A stretch of 55,151 nt of DNA, filler included, from Jimgerdemannia flammicorona (taxonomy: Eukaryota): NCBI GenBank assembly GCA_003990765.1. It is 3 parts of 3 records of this genome, joined end to end, with 100 filler letters (N's around TTAATTAATTAA, not from the genome) between each part and the next. Parts side by side here need not be neighbours in the genome. Positions count along the whole stretch, not along the records: positions 18,423 to 36,743 come from RBNJ01002240.1; positions 36,844 to 55,151 come from RBNJ01002241.1; 1 more part is not named here. One strand, written 5' to 3'. Shown in pieces: positions 23,881 through 36,866 of the stretch (position 1 is its first letter; the number at the start of each line of letters is the position of its first letter). Below the pieces are notes generated by a model. It worked only from the letters and a program-made list of their open reading frames with translations, was not told the origin of the DNA and searched no databases. A program made the translations under genes and the position numbers.

Positions 23881-24644
23881 ACTAGTAACATTCAGGTGAT
23901 ACAAGACTCAGACAATACTTTCTACAACATTTTGGTGAAAGGTAACTAGCAATATAAACAGCAACAAATATACTAGTGAGTACATTAGCCAGGTGGACAG
24001 TAGTACCTTTGACTGACAGCATGTAGGGAGGAGGAGGGGTGATGGTTTGGGAATGCCAGGGCCTTCTAAGGCTGGCCATAGTACTGGAGGAAGAGGAAGA
24101 GGCAGATTGAGGCAACGTGGAGGGGAGAGGTTGACTTTTGCAGACAAGGTCAAGATGGGGAGAATGGCATCTGGTCTGGATAGTTGGCTGGGCCTGGGGA
24201 AGGTATTGATGGCTACTGCTGGGGGACAGAGAGGGGCCCCCATGGGAGGGTTGGGCAGTAGAGGCAGGGGGGGAGTAGGAGCTGTGACTGGGGATCTGGA
24301 AAAAAATGATGGTTGGTAGTTCAGGACAGAGAGTGGGCTTGAGGCCCAGGGACCTGGTAGATGGTGTGATGAGCATGGTGTTGGCACCATTACTCAAGAA
24401 ATCAAGGGCAGAATTTGCTATCATATTGTATTTCTGGGGCTTAGCAGTGGCTGCCAGGATGATCTTGGGACTGGTGGCATAGGAGATGAAGGGAGCAGCT
24501 TTAGTGAAGTTCTTGAAGGGGATAGAAGGGGTAGAGTTTGGGTTTAAGGAGGAGTTGTCATTGTTAGAGGCCATGGAGAAGGAGGTAATGGTGGGCAGAG
24601 TAGTGGTCCCTATGACCAAGTGCATGCACAGGGACTAGTGCTCT

Positions 24645-25010
24645 GCAAACCCAACCCAATTAACCTGAAACCCAACCCATAAAACAGCCAACCCAGAATT
24701 AGATGTCACCCATCTTTAACCCAACCCAGAATTATACATCACTTATCTTTAACCCAACCTGGAATTATACATCACCTGTCTTTAATCTGATCCAGAATTG
24801 TATGTCACCCATCTTTAACCTGACCCAGAAAGATACATTACCCATCTTTAACCCAACCCAGAATTAAACATAACTCATCTTTAACCTGACCTGAAAATGT
24901 ATATCACCCAGCCCGTTATTTACCCTTACCCCAAACCTGAACCCAACCCCTGAACCCGACCCTGAACCTGACTCCTGAACTCGACCCTGAACCCAACCCT
25001 CTGAACTCTG
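24645..25010. repeat. Left subterminal 33-bp tandem array of hAT, then short AACCCTG repeats
   Basis: Units tttaacccaacccagaattatacatcacccatc, period 33. Confidence 0.85.
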
Positions 25011-25239
25011 CACTGAAAAAATGATTTGGAAAATATTTGGATAATATTCATAACAATTGAAAGTGAAAAATATCTGAAGACCACCAAGAATCCAAACACA
25101 TGTATGCATGAATTGTATTTACACACAAGCTGTTTTGACATTCAGTCACTAGCTCACCAGCAATAGAAAAAATATATTCAAATGGAATAGATGTCGCTGA
25201 AATAGCGAGATAATCACGAGCTATTCATGAAAGATTAAG

Positions 25240-27406
25240 ATATACTGACTGATTTCACTGCTACCAATCCAGTATATTTATATGAGGATCAGCTGGATTC
25301 TCTGACAAATAACTGAAACAGAGAAATATGAGTGAAAATTAACCAAGCAAACCAAAAAACATAAAAACAACACCCACTATTCAAGCTCATCATCCACATT
25401 GATGCGCTATTTCTTCTTATATATTGAGTTGATAAAATCATTAGCATCACAAGATTTTGAGGGTATAATGACAGCATTAATAGGCTTATACTTCTTTTCC
25501 CATGTTCCATCTAATTCTTCTATTCATCAATTAAGGATTTTTTCCATTGCTCATGATGGAAATAACACATTTTGATATATGGAGCTAAGGCCAAAGCTAT
25601 ACTGTATAATGGTGTCATCTTGCAGTAATACTTTAGAAGTTTCATATGTACATTCTCAGCAGTAGTAAGCATTATCTATAAAAAATAAAAATATACACAT
25701 ATTACTTCCCAATTACTTACTATATTGGTTCCTAAATTCACAAATAAAATTACTTTCAAAATCATATACATATATATCTGATTAAAATGTTCACCAGTTT
25801 GATATGTATCAATGACATCTTCAAGGTGATTACATAGCCGATTAAATAGTGAGATAACAGCCACTATTGTAGGATACTTCGAAGTTGATATCACAGTTGT
25901 CACTTTGGCAAAAGACTCGAGAAATAAGCAATTCAATTCAAATTGTTGCTATACATCTTCAGATATATCGCTCATTTGTTTATCTATGGCACACAATATA
26001 TCCAAGCTCTATTTGGATGTAATATCAATTTATTTAGTACCAAAATACTTCCAAATCATATTCCAAAATCTATACAAATAGATTCAAAATCTTACCTTAT
26101 GAATCTCCAGAGCACGTACTAACATTTTATGAGTAGAACTACATCTCATTGTAATATCTAAGAGAGGCTTCAAAATGGAAATTCTGGAGGATTCACAGAC
26201 CTTTGCCAGTTGTGCTTGTTATTGCGCTGAATTTATGATCTTCTTTATCAACTCCTGTAGTTTTCCAATGGGCTCACTAAGAGAACCAAGAGTATTATGA
26301 ATGATGAGATTCAACATATACCCAAAACAGCATACATGAGTGAGTGGATGCTGGAGATTCTCAAACAGAGTATCATTGTTACTGGCATTGTCACACACAA
26401 TAACAATGATTTGATTGTCACTAGGCAATAAATCATCTATTACTAGCTCCAGACTTTTCACAAGATTGGCATCTGTGTGTGTTATTTTACTGATATTCAC
26501 AAAGTTTAAGATAATGTCATACATCTTCCAATTACTGTCAATTCAATGGACTGTTATTTCAAGGAAGGCCTTAATATTATTGTCTGATGTCCAACAATCA
26601 AGTGTAAGTGACACCTTCAACTTGAGCTCTGCTAGCCTTGCTTTCACTTGAGTCTGCAATAGTTTGAATTCCTTTCGAATAACTCACAAAATCATATCAG
26701 CCAATGGAAGGGCCAGATCAGGGTGTAATATGTGAAGGAGATACTTGAAGCCAGCATTTTCAATAGTAGAGAATGGCTGATATCCAGTGACAATAAAGTT
26801 GGCAATTAACTGATGGAAATTTTCATCACTTAAAGTCTTGCTAGTGTGTTTCTATTTGTAAGAATAAAATTTGATGAATTATTTTTCTAATAACCTCCTA
26901 AGTACTTCCTGAATTCCATTCTATCTATACTTATAATATCATCTTTCTTAGACCAGCAAGGATTCTCAGCATGCTAGAGAGGTAAGAGCATAGTATTGTG
27001 ATGCTTCCAGAGATGTCATTTAAGATTGTTGATATTGCCATCCTTCGATATATAGCTCCAAGTCATGCAATGGTTGCAACTGATGAGCTTACTTTGTAAA
27101 TTCTATTTGAATAGAGAGATATGAGACTATATTAGAACCTCAACTGCTTACAACCAACTACTCACCCTTACAACTAATGAGACCAATCACCTCTATGAAT
27201 ACAACCATTAGCACAATGTATAAAACTACATTTGTGGCATGATTCCACACCCAGCTATCACCAGGTTTTGTTTTTATTTTTATTCTGGTACTCATTGGTA
27301 ATAACGAACTAGTGGAGATATCTAATATATCCTCTGATATATCCTCTGATATATCATCTGACTGTTCCGAGATTTCTCCTAAATGTACTTCTTGATCTTT
27401 AGACAT
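25240..27406 (-). pseudogene. hAT transposase, intron-containing, disrupted
   Basis: BED finger (SWVWNH...CNHC...NLK*HL), SLTLDCWTS, IVCDNASNND, HVCCFGYMLNLII (CxxH-type), LDITMRCSST (TRWNST), STSKYPTI. Confidence 0.88.
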
Positions 27407-27749
27407 TTCGAATGTTTGATGATGGTGATGACTGGGAGCTTGAGTGGGAGGCTGAGAGCTGGAAAGTGGCTAGGGAGTGGCAAGCTAGAGAGTGGCGAAC
27501 TGGGAAATGAGCTGGGGGGGCAGTGAACTAGGGGCAGGGAGTTGGGGGGAGGCAGCAAGCAGCAGGAAAAGCCAGGAACTGTGGGGCCTGGAACAGGAGT
27601 CAGCAAGCTAGGGGGCAGTGAGAGGGAGAGCAGCAAGGTGGTGTGTGATAGCCAATGATCGATTGTGGACAGAGGATGGATGAATAAATATGCATGGGTA
27701 GTGAACTGGTACCCATCATGCAACTGCAAACAGCAAACATACTTTGGAC

Positions 27750-28400
27750 ATTCAGCATGTTCTGCATTGAGCAAGGTTTGCAATGATATTTGAGCGAGGT
27801 TTGTAGTGCATTTGAGTATGATTTACAGTGAGGTTCAAGCAAGATTTGCAAGTAAGATTAAAGTGAGATTTGCAAGCAAGATTTGCATGTAAGATTAGAG
27901 TGAGATTTGTATAAGCCAGGCTTTGCAAGCCTTTCACTTGCAAGCCTGGACAAGCTCAGTCACAAGCTGATATGATGTGTATATAAGCTGATATCACATG
28001 ATATTAACTATTGGCTGAGCTTGCAAGTGCAAGGCTTGCAAAGCCTAGCTTATGCAAATCTTGCTTGCAAATCTTACTCGAACCTTGCTGCAAATCTTGC
28101 TGCAAATCTCACTCAAATGCACCACAAACCTTGCTCAAATGTCATTGCAAACCTTGCTCAATTGGGGCTTATGCAGAACCCACTGAATTATACAGAGAGG
28201 AGTGGAATGCAGTAAGGAAAGCACTGGATTGCAAGCGTAAGTATAAGCATAAGCTTTGCTCCACTCAGTCTGACAAGCTGATAATAAGCTGATATCATGT
28301 GATACAGCTATCAGCTGAGTGGAGCAAAGCTCGTGCTTGCACTTATGCTTATGCTTATGCTTGCAATCTGGAGCTTAACTCACTGTATTCCACTCCTCTT
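27750..28400. repeat. Two adjacent long inverted repeats (hairpins ~27750-28186 and ~28194-28400)
   Basis: Arms attgagcaaggtttgcaatga... / ...tcattgcaaaccttgctcaat and agaggagtggaat... / ...attccactcctct. Both loops contain ATAAGCTGATATCA(C/T)(A/G)TGAT. Confidence 0.85.
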
Positions 28401-28725
28401 GTGTTCCACTCCTCTTGTGTTCCACTCCTCTTACACAACCCTCACATATTCCTCCACCTCCCTCACTCTCATTCCTCAGATTGCAAACAACATGTAATTT
28501 AGAAATGGGTTTCAAAAGAGATTTTGAAGAGATTCCAAAAGAGATTTCGAAGAGATTCAGAAAGAGCTTCTGAAAGAGATTTCAGAGAGATTCTGAAAGA
28601 GCTTCCAAAAGATATTATAGCTTTTGAACATTTAAGACATTGAAAGCTTACTTTTGCCTCTTGTTCTTTTCACCTCATCCTTCGCTTTGCCTTGTCCTTC
28701 ACTTCGCCTCACTTAATTCACTGCT

Positions 28726-30099
28726 ATGTTGAGAAAATGTAGATGTAACCACCCAGCCAATAAGTATTTACTTGGTCCCCCCCAAGCTCAATGTGCTTCA
28801 GCTCACTGTCCCAAAGCTCAGTGCCCTAAGATGCCCAGCTTGCTGACACCCAGTCTGCTGAGCTTGCTGACACCCAGCCTGCCGAGCTTGCCAACACCCA
28901 GCCTGTCGAGCTTGCCAACACCCAGCCTGCTGAGCTTGCCGACACCCAGGTTGCCAAGCTCACTGACTCCCAGCTCACTGACCCTCAGCTCCCCTATCTC
29001 CAGCTTGACTGCCAGCTCACCACTGGTCTGCAAGCACAAGGTCCCCCACCAGATCCCAATAATACAGCTCGAAAAAGTTAGTTTTTTTCTTTTTAAATCA
29101 ATGTCTGAATTTTTTTCCTAATAACATTTGAAATATACATATCCTCCAGCTTCTAAGCCTGGGCCGGAGTGCAAATCTTGCTACAATTTCCATTTTTGCC
29201 ATCAAGTTTGCCCAAACACTATCTGGAAGTATTGCCAAACCAATTTCCTGGATGCCCCAAACCTCACAGAGAAAAGACCTTACAAATCAGACATTAGGAA
29301 TGCTTTCACTGCAGCCCACAAATGCATTAAGAAAGTACATAATGACTAACTGAGGCAAGAAGTCTTAAGAGCAATAGAAAACCATACGAAAATTGTGGAA
29401 TATTCATCATACCACACTGGCTTCAAGATGAATGCCAAAGCATAGAACAAGTGAGATTGTCCAGATGGAATTGTTATCATGGATAAACATGAAAAACTGC
29501 TGGTCATATTTGAATGAGTATCAGTGAAGAATGACAAAACACTTTATACATAACTGATGGATGGCAGGCTTGTGCATTTTGTTGAGGGGGGTAGTGGTGG
29601 AGGAGATGGAGAGGTGGGAGAGGTCAGTGCCAGTGGAGGAGTCAGTGCCATTGGAGAGGTCAGTGGAGAGGTCAGTGCAGGGGAGGTTGGCATGTGGAAG
29701 GTTGGCATGGGGGAGGTTGGTGCCGGAGAGGTCAGTGCGGTAGAACATGGGGAGGTTGGCACAGGAGAGGTCAGTGCAGAGGAACATGGAGAGGTCAGCG
29801 CAGGGGAGGTTAGTGCGAAGGAACATGGGGAGGTCAGCACAGAGGAATACGGGAAGGTTGGTGCAGAGGAACACAGAGAGGGTGGCATGGAGGAACATGG
29901 GGAGGTCAGTGTAGAGGATGAAATAGAGGTTGGTATAGAGGAGGTCAGCGCAGAGGAGGATATAGAGGAGGAGGATATAGAGGAAAGCAGTTCAGAATAT
30001 ATTGAGGAAGATGGTTTGGAATATGAGAAGGAGGAGGATCAGTTGGTTTATAGCAATGAAGAGGAGGAGGATCAGTTGGTTTATAGTGATGAAGAGTAA
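28726..30099 (+). pseudogene. Second, divergently oriented ORF carried by the hAT (Ser/Pro/Thr repeats, then acidic GEVSA repeats)
   Basis: ORFs 28726-29121, 29128-29349 and 29557-30099 are co-frame. Possible intron GTTAGT...CAG at 29077-29149. Ends before the right subterminal array. Confidence 0.5.
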
Positions 30100-30244
30100 G
30101 ATCTGTTCACACTACTAAGTTCTTTATTTTCCTGATTTACTTCCTATTTATTTCCGATTTCATTTTGATTTCTGATTTCTGTTTGTTTATTCTAAATATA
30201 TATCTTAGATGTGCAATATATTTTTTTTGGTACCTTGTAGCTTA

Positions 30245-30670
30245 AAGGCGGATTAAAGATGAGTCTGTGTTAGGTTAAATATGGGTCAGAGTCAGGTCAT
30301 ATATATTTCTTGAGTCAGGTCACATATATTTCATGGGTCGGATCACATATATTTCTTGGGTTGGATTAAAGACAGGTTACATATAATTCCAGGTTGGGTT
30401 AAAGATGGGTGACATATGTTTCCAGGTTGAGTTAAAGATGGGTGATATATAATTCCAGGTCAGATTAAAGATGGGTGACATATGTTTCCAGGTCAGGTTA
30501 AAGATGGGTGATGTATAATTCTGAGTTGGGTTAAAGATGGGTGACATATTATTCCAGGTCAGGTTAAAGATGGGTGATATATAATTCTATATCAGGTTAA
30601 AGACAGGTGATGTATAATTCCAGATCAGGTTAAAGACAGGTGATGTATAATTCCAGGTTGGGTTAAATAT
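30245..30670. repeat. Right subterminal 33-bp tandem array of hAT (inverse of left array)
   Basis: Units gggttaaagatgggtgacatat(a/g)(a/t)ttccaggtt, period 33. Confidence 0.88.
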
Positions 30671-31944
30671 GTACATGGGTCAGCTCAGGTTGCAATGCAC
30701 TAACTGGGACCCTCGAGTGGTGCAGTTGATGGTGTTGGATCTTCCTATAGTATTGAGGAAGAGGGCCAGAGAGTTGATTGTGGAGGTGGTCAAGGAGTAT
30801 GGAGAGATTGTAGACATCAGGTTCAGGATCTGGGAGGGCACTGAGCTCTGGACCAGTGAAATTGATATCCAGGTAAGGCTGGCTGGCAAGGAGAACACAG
30901 GGAAGATGAGGGATTGGCTGGTTACTCTTAAGTGGGGACCAGTGAAGTGCAAAGTCTCGTGGATGAAAGGGATACTGGAAGAGGAGGAGGATTTGCTGGA
31001 GGCTCTTGAGGCTCTGGCTGGAGTGGTAGAGAGGAGGAGATTGGCTTGGAAGGAGTATGAAGCCAAGACAGTAGTGGAAATAGTGGATGGAAAGAGGATA
31101 AGGATGGACCAGGCAACCTGGGAGAAGATGCAGGAGAGGCATATCAAGAAGGAGCTGCTGAAGAAGTTGGGAGGCAGTGGAGTTGGCAGCAGTGCAGGGG
31201 AAGGTGGTGCAGGAATGGGTAAGAGTGCCTGGGCTGGAGAACACAGGACAGCCCAAGGTGGGGCCCAGGGTGGATCGAGGGAGGAGGGACAGGGTGGTAT
31301 GGAGGTGAGTGTGGAAATGAGCAAGGAAGTGCACCCTCAGTATGGTGTCCTGGGTGGAGCAGGGGGTGAGGTGGAACTACTGGATATACCAGAGGAGGAG
31401 TTGGATGAGTCAGTGAGGAGGAGCACTTTGGTACACCCAGAGGTGGGGGTTTAAAGGGTCACCCAGGGTGCTGTAGAGGTGGTGGATGAGGAGAAGTGGC
31501 TGTGGAAGACTCTGAAGGGAGTGGCAGTGGAGAAGCTGGGGGGAGAGAACTTCCAGGTTATGGAAGAGAGGCATTGGGAGGAAATTCTTCATGGTAAGGA
31601 GGTACTGAGGAAGGTTAGGAATGAGATTCTGGTGGTACTCTTAGAATCAGTGGAATATCAAGTAGATGATCAGAGGGAGGAGGAACTTTGGATGATGGCA
31701 AATGAATAGGAGACATACTTAAAGGGTTCAAGAAAGGGGTTGGAGAAGTAGAAAGTGGTCTGTGCAGATTATTGGGTGGAAATGGAAGTGGTGGATAGGG
31801 TGGAGTGTCAAGAAATCTTGGAGGCATTAGATGCTCAGGCTGTAGTAGAAGGTGACCAGGAAGCAGAGCAGCACTTGAATCTATTTGGGGATGAGATGAG
31901 TATGGAATAATAGGCTGGGTTCTCAAAATCAAACATTATACAAT

Positions 31945-34900
31945 ATGAATAATATAACTAGAATATTCTCTTTTAATGTGAATGGGTTGAGGGGTGCAGC
32001 TCAGTATAGATACATATTTGGTTGGCTCAAGGGTTTGGATGCAGATCTCTTCTTATTGTAGGATATATGTTATAAGATAGATGTGGACTTACAGGATTGG
32101 ACTAGGGAATGGGGTGGGGCAGCAGTATGGACTGGGCAAGTGGGTATTTTAATTAGAAAGTAGATGGAGGACATTGGCAATGTTGGACATTGGGGGAGTA
32201 GATTGATGTAGAGAGTGTAGAAGAGGCCTGGATGGAGCCCTTTGACTATTGGGTCATGTTATTGCCTGGCAGAGAGGGGGGAACAGGTAGATTGGATCAG
32301 AAATTTAAGAGAGGCTGGTGTGATGGGAGAGACAGGAATTGACTGCCTGGGGGGTGATTTCAACATGATACAAGATAACATGGTGGACAGGACCAATGGT
32401 GGGAGAGGAATGAGGGGTGGCAGTGGCAGGTTAGAGGATTGGATGGAGATAGAGATGTTGAGTTCTTTGGTTGACTTGGGGAGACAGTTCTGAGAAGATC
32501 ATCAAATTTATACTCACTGGGTGATAGGGCTAGGCTCTAGGATTGACTGGATATTGATGGTGGAGTACTGAGAAGCAGATGTCTGGGCTATGCTGGAGGT
32601 GGTTTGGTGCCCATGGTCAGATCATTGGGGTCTGATAGGGAGGGGGAGGTTGGGGGAAGTGGGGATGGGCCTGGACATTGGTGACTGAATTTTTCTTTAT
32701 TAGAGGATGGTATATTATGGGTAGACTGGGAGGTGGAGGTTATTGGAAAAATTGGTAGGTGGCAGGAGCAGGGTCTGGCGATTGGGGATCACTAGTGGAG
32801 GATGAAATTGAGTGCTCAGAGATACTGGAGGGAGACAGGGAAAGGATGGAGTGCTCAGTGGTAGTAATGAATGCTATGGGCATCACAACAATTGGTGGCA
32901 CTCCTAGGGAGATGGGCAGGGGTGTTAGAGAATTGGGAGGTGGCCAACTAGCATATTCTGTGGATTCAAAAGAAAGTCAATGAGCTTAAGGAAGTGACAC
33001 AAATAGAGGAAGAGGTTCAGCTGAAGAGGATGATGGCAAGGCTGCAGTGGCAAGGGTTGGAGAAGGGAGAGAGGCCCACTAGGTTTTTATTATGGTTGCT
33101 ACAAGTGTGGAGAACTAAACAATAGTGGGATAGTATCTTGGATGAGGATGGAGAGATGGCAGTGGGGACCCCGGTGATTCTGAGATTGCTGAGGAACCAC
33201 CAGGAGGATTTATAGAGTGAGGAAGAAGGGGGTGAGGATGCCTTGAACATTGAATGACATTTGGAGGATTGGTATCCAGACCCAGTATTGGGCCTGGAGA
33301 CACTGGTGGACCCAGTGCAGGGGGAGAAAATTTGCAAGGTTTTGGCTTTGACAAGCAAGAGGATGGCTCTGGGAGAGGATGGGCTTCCCTGGGATTTTTG
33401 GAAAAAGATAGCTGGAGTAGTGGTATTGGAGGAGATGATGGCAATGTGTGGTGAGGTTCTTTGGTCTGAAACTTAGATTGGGGACCAGCACCTAGGGCTG
33501 GTCTCTTTGCTTTATAAGGATAAGGAGAGAAGGGAATATTGGAAGAACTAGTGGCTGATCATGCTCCTTGATATGGACCACAAGCTAGTAACAAAGATCT
33601 TGGTGACTAGACTGCAGGGGATCACTCAGCAAGTACTAGGAGCAGAGCAGAGAGGGTGTGTTGGTGGGCAGTTGATCTGAGATGGGACAGCCTGGATCCA
33701 TGGAGTGATTGAAGGGGCTTGGGCAGTTGGGGTTGATGACTAGTTAGTGTTTCTGGATCAGGAGAAGATGTATGACAGATTGAGGAGGATCTGGCTGGAG
33801 GGAGTGCTGAAGTGGGTGGGAGCTCTCCCAGGGTTCAGGAGGTCATTAATCAGTCTTTTGGAAAACAGTTAATCAGTATTGGTAGTAAATGGGCACAGGG
33901 GTATAACCTTTCCACTTGGTCATAGGGTGCTGCAGGGGGATCCTTTGTTGTCTATCTTATATGCCCTTTCCTTGGAGCTCCTATTGGATAGGATCAGGCA
34001 TCAAATTGGGGGTTTGGACATTCTGGGGATTAATTGAAAAGTGTGGGCTTTTGTGGATGATATGGTAGTTGGACTGGGTTCATTGAAGGATGTGGAGGAA
34101 TTATAGAGGTTGGTGGAACAGTATGAGAGGGGCTCTTGTGCTAAACTCAACTGGCATAAATGTGAGACTCTGGTGCTAGGCAGTGGAATAGTTGGCAGTC
34201 ATATGATTGGAATGGTAGTACCAGCAGGAGAACTAGTTTGTTACCTGGGGATCTACTTCTCAGTATATAGGGCTCTCCTGCCCTATATATAGTGGGAATA
34301 GTGACTCCTAGTATGAGGAAATGTACTCTTAAGGTAGGGTGGTCGGCATATATCATTGGCAGGAAGAGTGATGGTGCTGATTGTATATTGACTGCCAAAG
34401 CTGTGGTATGTGGGATATGATTTGGACTTCCCAGCATGAGTGGTCAGGCATCTTCTGAAGAATAATGAGATCATGGGTCTGGGCTAGGTGGCAAAGTCAG
34501 ATAGGATGGGAGGTTCTGACCTTACCTATTGATAGAGGTAGGCTAGGCTTGGTGGACTTTACCAAATGTCTTCATTGCTTGAGAGCCTGGTGGCTGAAGA
34601 GGGTGAGTGAGTTGAGGGGCCAGGAGTGGGTATCACTCATGCAGAGGGTGTGGGAAGCTCAGTATTTCCCCTGTGGAGCATCTGGCAATCTGCTTGCAAT
34701 GGTGGCCCTGGATGGGAGCAAGAGGATATAGTATAGAGGCTTTTGGTTGGGGGTGGTGGATGGTGCAAGAAGAATTGGACTTCAGTAGCAGAGTGATAAT
34801 GGGGAGGGGGACTGAAGATCGCAGATGTGGAGATGGGACAGGCTACTGCTGGGTGGTGCATTGGTGGAGGATTTTAGGCTCAGTGATGGAATGGATTATA

Positions 34901-35290
34901 TGCAGGGTTTAGGGGGGGACCTGTGGCCTGAAGCATGGCAGAGGGTGGGGATTGGTGAGGAGTGGGACTGGAATAGTCTTTGGTCTTGGAGCAAGCAGGT
35001 GATGCAGTGGCTTAACCCCAAGTTCTGAGGGATATGGTGGAGGTTTTTAAGGCGGAATGTGATGTTGAACTATTGGTCTGGGCACTTGGTGGCGGATGGC
35101 CCCTTTGAGTGTGAGGAATATATAGATGTTGGTCAGGAGGGGGGTGTGGTACAAATGCCTGAACATTGGCTTAGCAAGTGTGAAGTCTTAGAGGAGTTTT
35201 GGCACTGCATTGCAAATCAGTTAGGACTGTGAGCCCTGGTGGGGGGGAAAGGGGGGAGATGGGGGGACCTATGCCAAAGGCTTGTGGGGA
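31945..35290 (+). pseudogene. LINE ORF2 (APE endonuclease, RT, C-terminal Cys/His region), multiply disrupted
   Basis: APE motifs MNNITRIFSFNVNGLRG, GGDFN, SRIDWI and WSDH. RT motifs LLDMDHKLVTKILVTRL, FLDQEKMYD, QGDPL, AFVDD, LPKLWY and GRLGLVDF. Confidence 0.92.
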
Positions 35291-36743
35291 TAGCCTCCTT
35301 CAACCTCATCCAATGGATACCCTCAGATGAACCCTTATGTATCTAGTTAGTAATCTTTGCTTGAATGTCCTCCACCTATGGGTTCCACAACATCTTCTCA
35401 GCCAGCAGAGAGGAGTTTAAGTACTAATGTCTGGGTCCATCTCCACTTCCCCCAAACTGCCCCTGTCCCAATATCCCCCAGTGATCAAACCATAGGTACT
35501 ACTCTACCTCCAGAGTCCTCTAAACATCAACACCCCAACATTCAGCAGTCAGAATCCAGTCAATCCTTGTACCCAGTTCATTCATCCAGTGTATATAGAC
35601 CCTCATGTTGCCCCACCATATTCTGCCCATATCCCTTAAGGAGCTAAGGTTCTCTACCTCCTCTCACTTATCCAGACCACCACTCCTCCCACCTGTACTC
35701 CTCTCTCCATCAGTTCTATCTAACCATGGATCCTGCAACATATTAAAGTCACCTCCCAGAACATCAATACCTTTCTCCAAGAGAATGCCCTCCTCCAAAA
35801 GATCCCTAATCTACTCAATCTGCTCACCCCTAACCACAGGGCAGTAGCAGGAGCCAACCCTCACTGATTCCCACCCAGGTTGATACCATTCTCCCCAGAC
35901 TAAATGGTCACCCCAGCTGCTGATTCTGCCCTAATCTCCTCTACCCTATCTTACAAGAATCACCACTTTACCACTCTAAGCAGTAGCTCATCCCCATTCT
36001 CTAGTCCACTCCACCTGATCTACCTCATCCTCACACCATATATCCTGTAGTAAAAAGAGATCAGCCTCCAATCTCTTAAGCCAAGTAAAAATATTCTCAC
36101 ACCACCCAGATCCCCTTAACCCATTCACATTCAGAGAGAAAATATTAGTTGTACTGTTCATAAGAAATAATATTGATTATCAATCTCATCCTCTACAAAT
36201 CTGCAATCAACTCCTCCTGTGCCAAATCCAAGTTATGTTCAGCAGCCAGTACCTTCTCCTCAACTGCCTGTGCCTTCAGCTCTACCAGAAGTTCAGCCAT
36301 TGCTCCATTCTCTTTTTCCTCAGGGTCCTCATGATACTTCAGGCATGCCTCCTGCTAGAGTTGCAAACCATGATGCTCTGCCCAACAGTAGGCAGCTTGC
36401 TCACTGGCAATGACTGCCAGCTCAGCCTCTCTCTCTTTATCAACCTCATATCCCTCCACCTCCAGGACAATCGCAAGTACCTCTGCCTTCAGTGCCACCA
36501 CCACCCCATCTCTATACAGAATCCATACCAAATGCTCCTCACTCATCACACATTGGTCCACTTCCCCCAACTCCCCCATTGTGAAGTTATCCATCATCTT
36601 GCTCATCCACAGCAGGTTCCCCACCTCCTTCCCTCCTGGCATCTCTGGCCTTCCCACATCCAGCATTATGGTATCACCCCCTACACTAGTAGTCTCATCC
36701 CACCCCTCCTCTGGGACATCCACCAGCTCATTCTCACCAACTG
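35291..36743 (-). mobile_element. LINE fragment (ORF1 end and ORF2 endonuclease), opposite orientation
   Basis: ORF2 start MNSTTNIFSLNVNGLRG at 36161 and GGDFNML (~35740-35760). The ORF1 end (ELVDVPEEGWDE) resembles 31370-31410. Confidence 0.85.
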
Positions 36744-36843
36744 NNNNNNNNNNNNNNNNNNNNNNNNNNNNNNNNNNNNNNNNNNNNTTAATTAATTAAN
36801 NNNNNNNNNNNNNNNNNNNNNNNNNNNNNNNNNNNNNNNNNNN
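36744..36843. other. Assembly spacer with artificial six-frame stop linker
   Basis: N44-TTAATTAATTAA-N44. Confidence 0.95.
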
Positions 36844-36866
36844 CCCCCCAACCCTACTCTCTCTAG

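Larger units (their letters stand above)
24636..30702 (-). mobile_element. hAT DNA transposon (~6.07 kb), complete termini
   Basis: Termini TAGTGCTCTGCAAACC and GGTTGCAATGCACTA. 8-bp TSD ACAGGGAC (24628-24635) and ACTGGGAC (30703-30710), 1 mismatch. Inverted subterminal arrays and an internal transposase. Confidence 0.92.
23885..35290 (+). mobile_element. Near-full-length L1/Tx1-type LINE, ORF1 split by a hAT insertion
   Basis: ORF1 is continuous across the hAT (VVVPMTKCMHRD|PRVVQLMV) and is followed by ORF2 with APE and RT domains. Confidence 0.9.

Noticed and set aside
23882..24625. 247-aa minus-strand ORF (also 22722-23246, 30663-31334, 30680-31324)
   Set aside because: Antisense shadows of the purine-rich LINE ORF1.
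24645..25010. Telomere-like TAACCC motifs
   Set aside because: Isolated motifs within hAT subterminal repeats, not a tandem (TTAGGG)n tract.
30245..30670. CRISPR-like regularly spaced 33-bp repeats
   Set aside because: Units are contiguous with no unique spacers, mirror the array at 24645-24900, and lie just inside hAT TIRs in a eukaryotic context.
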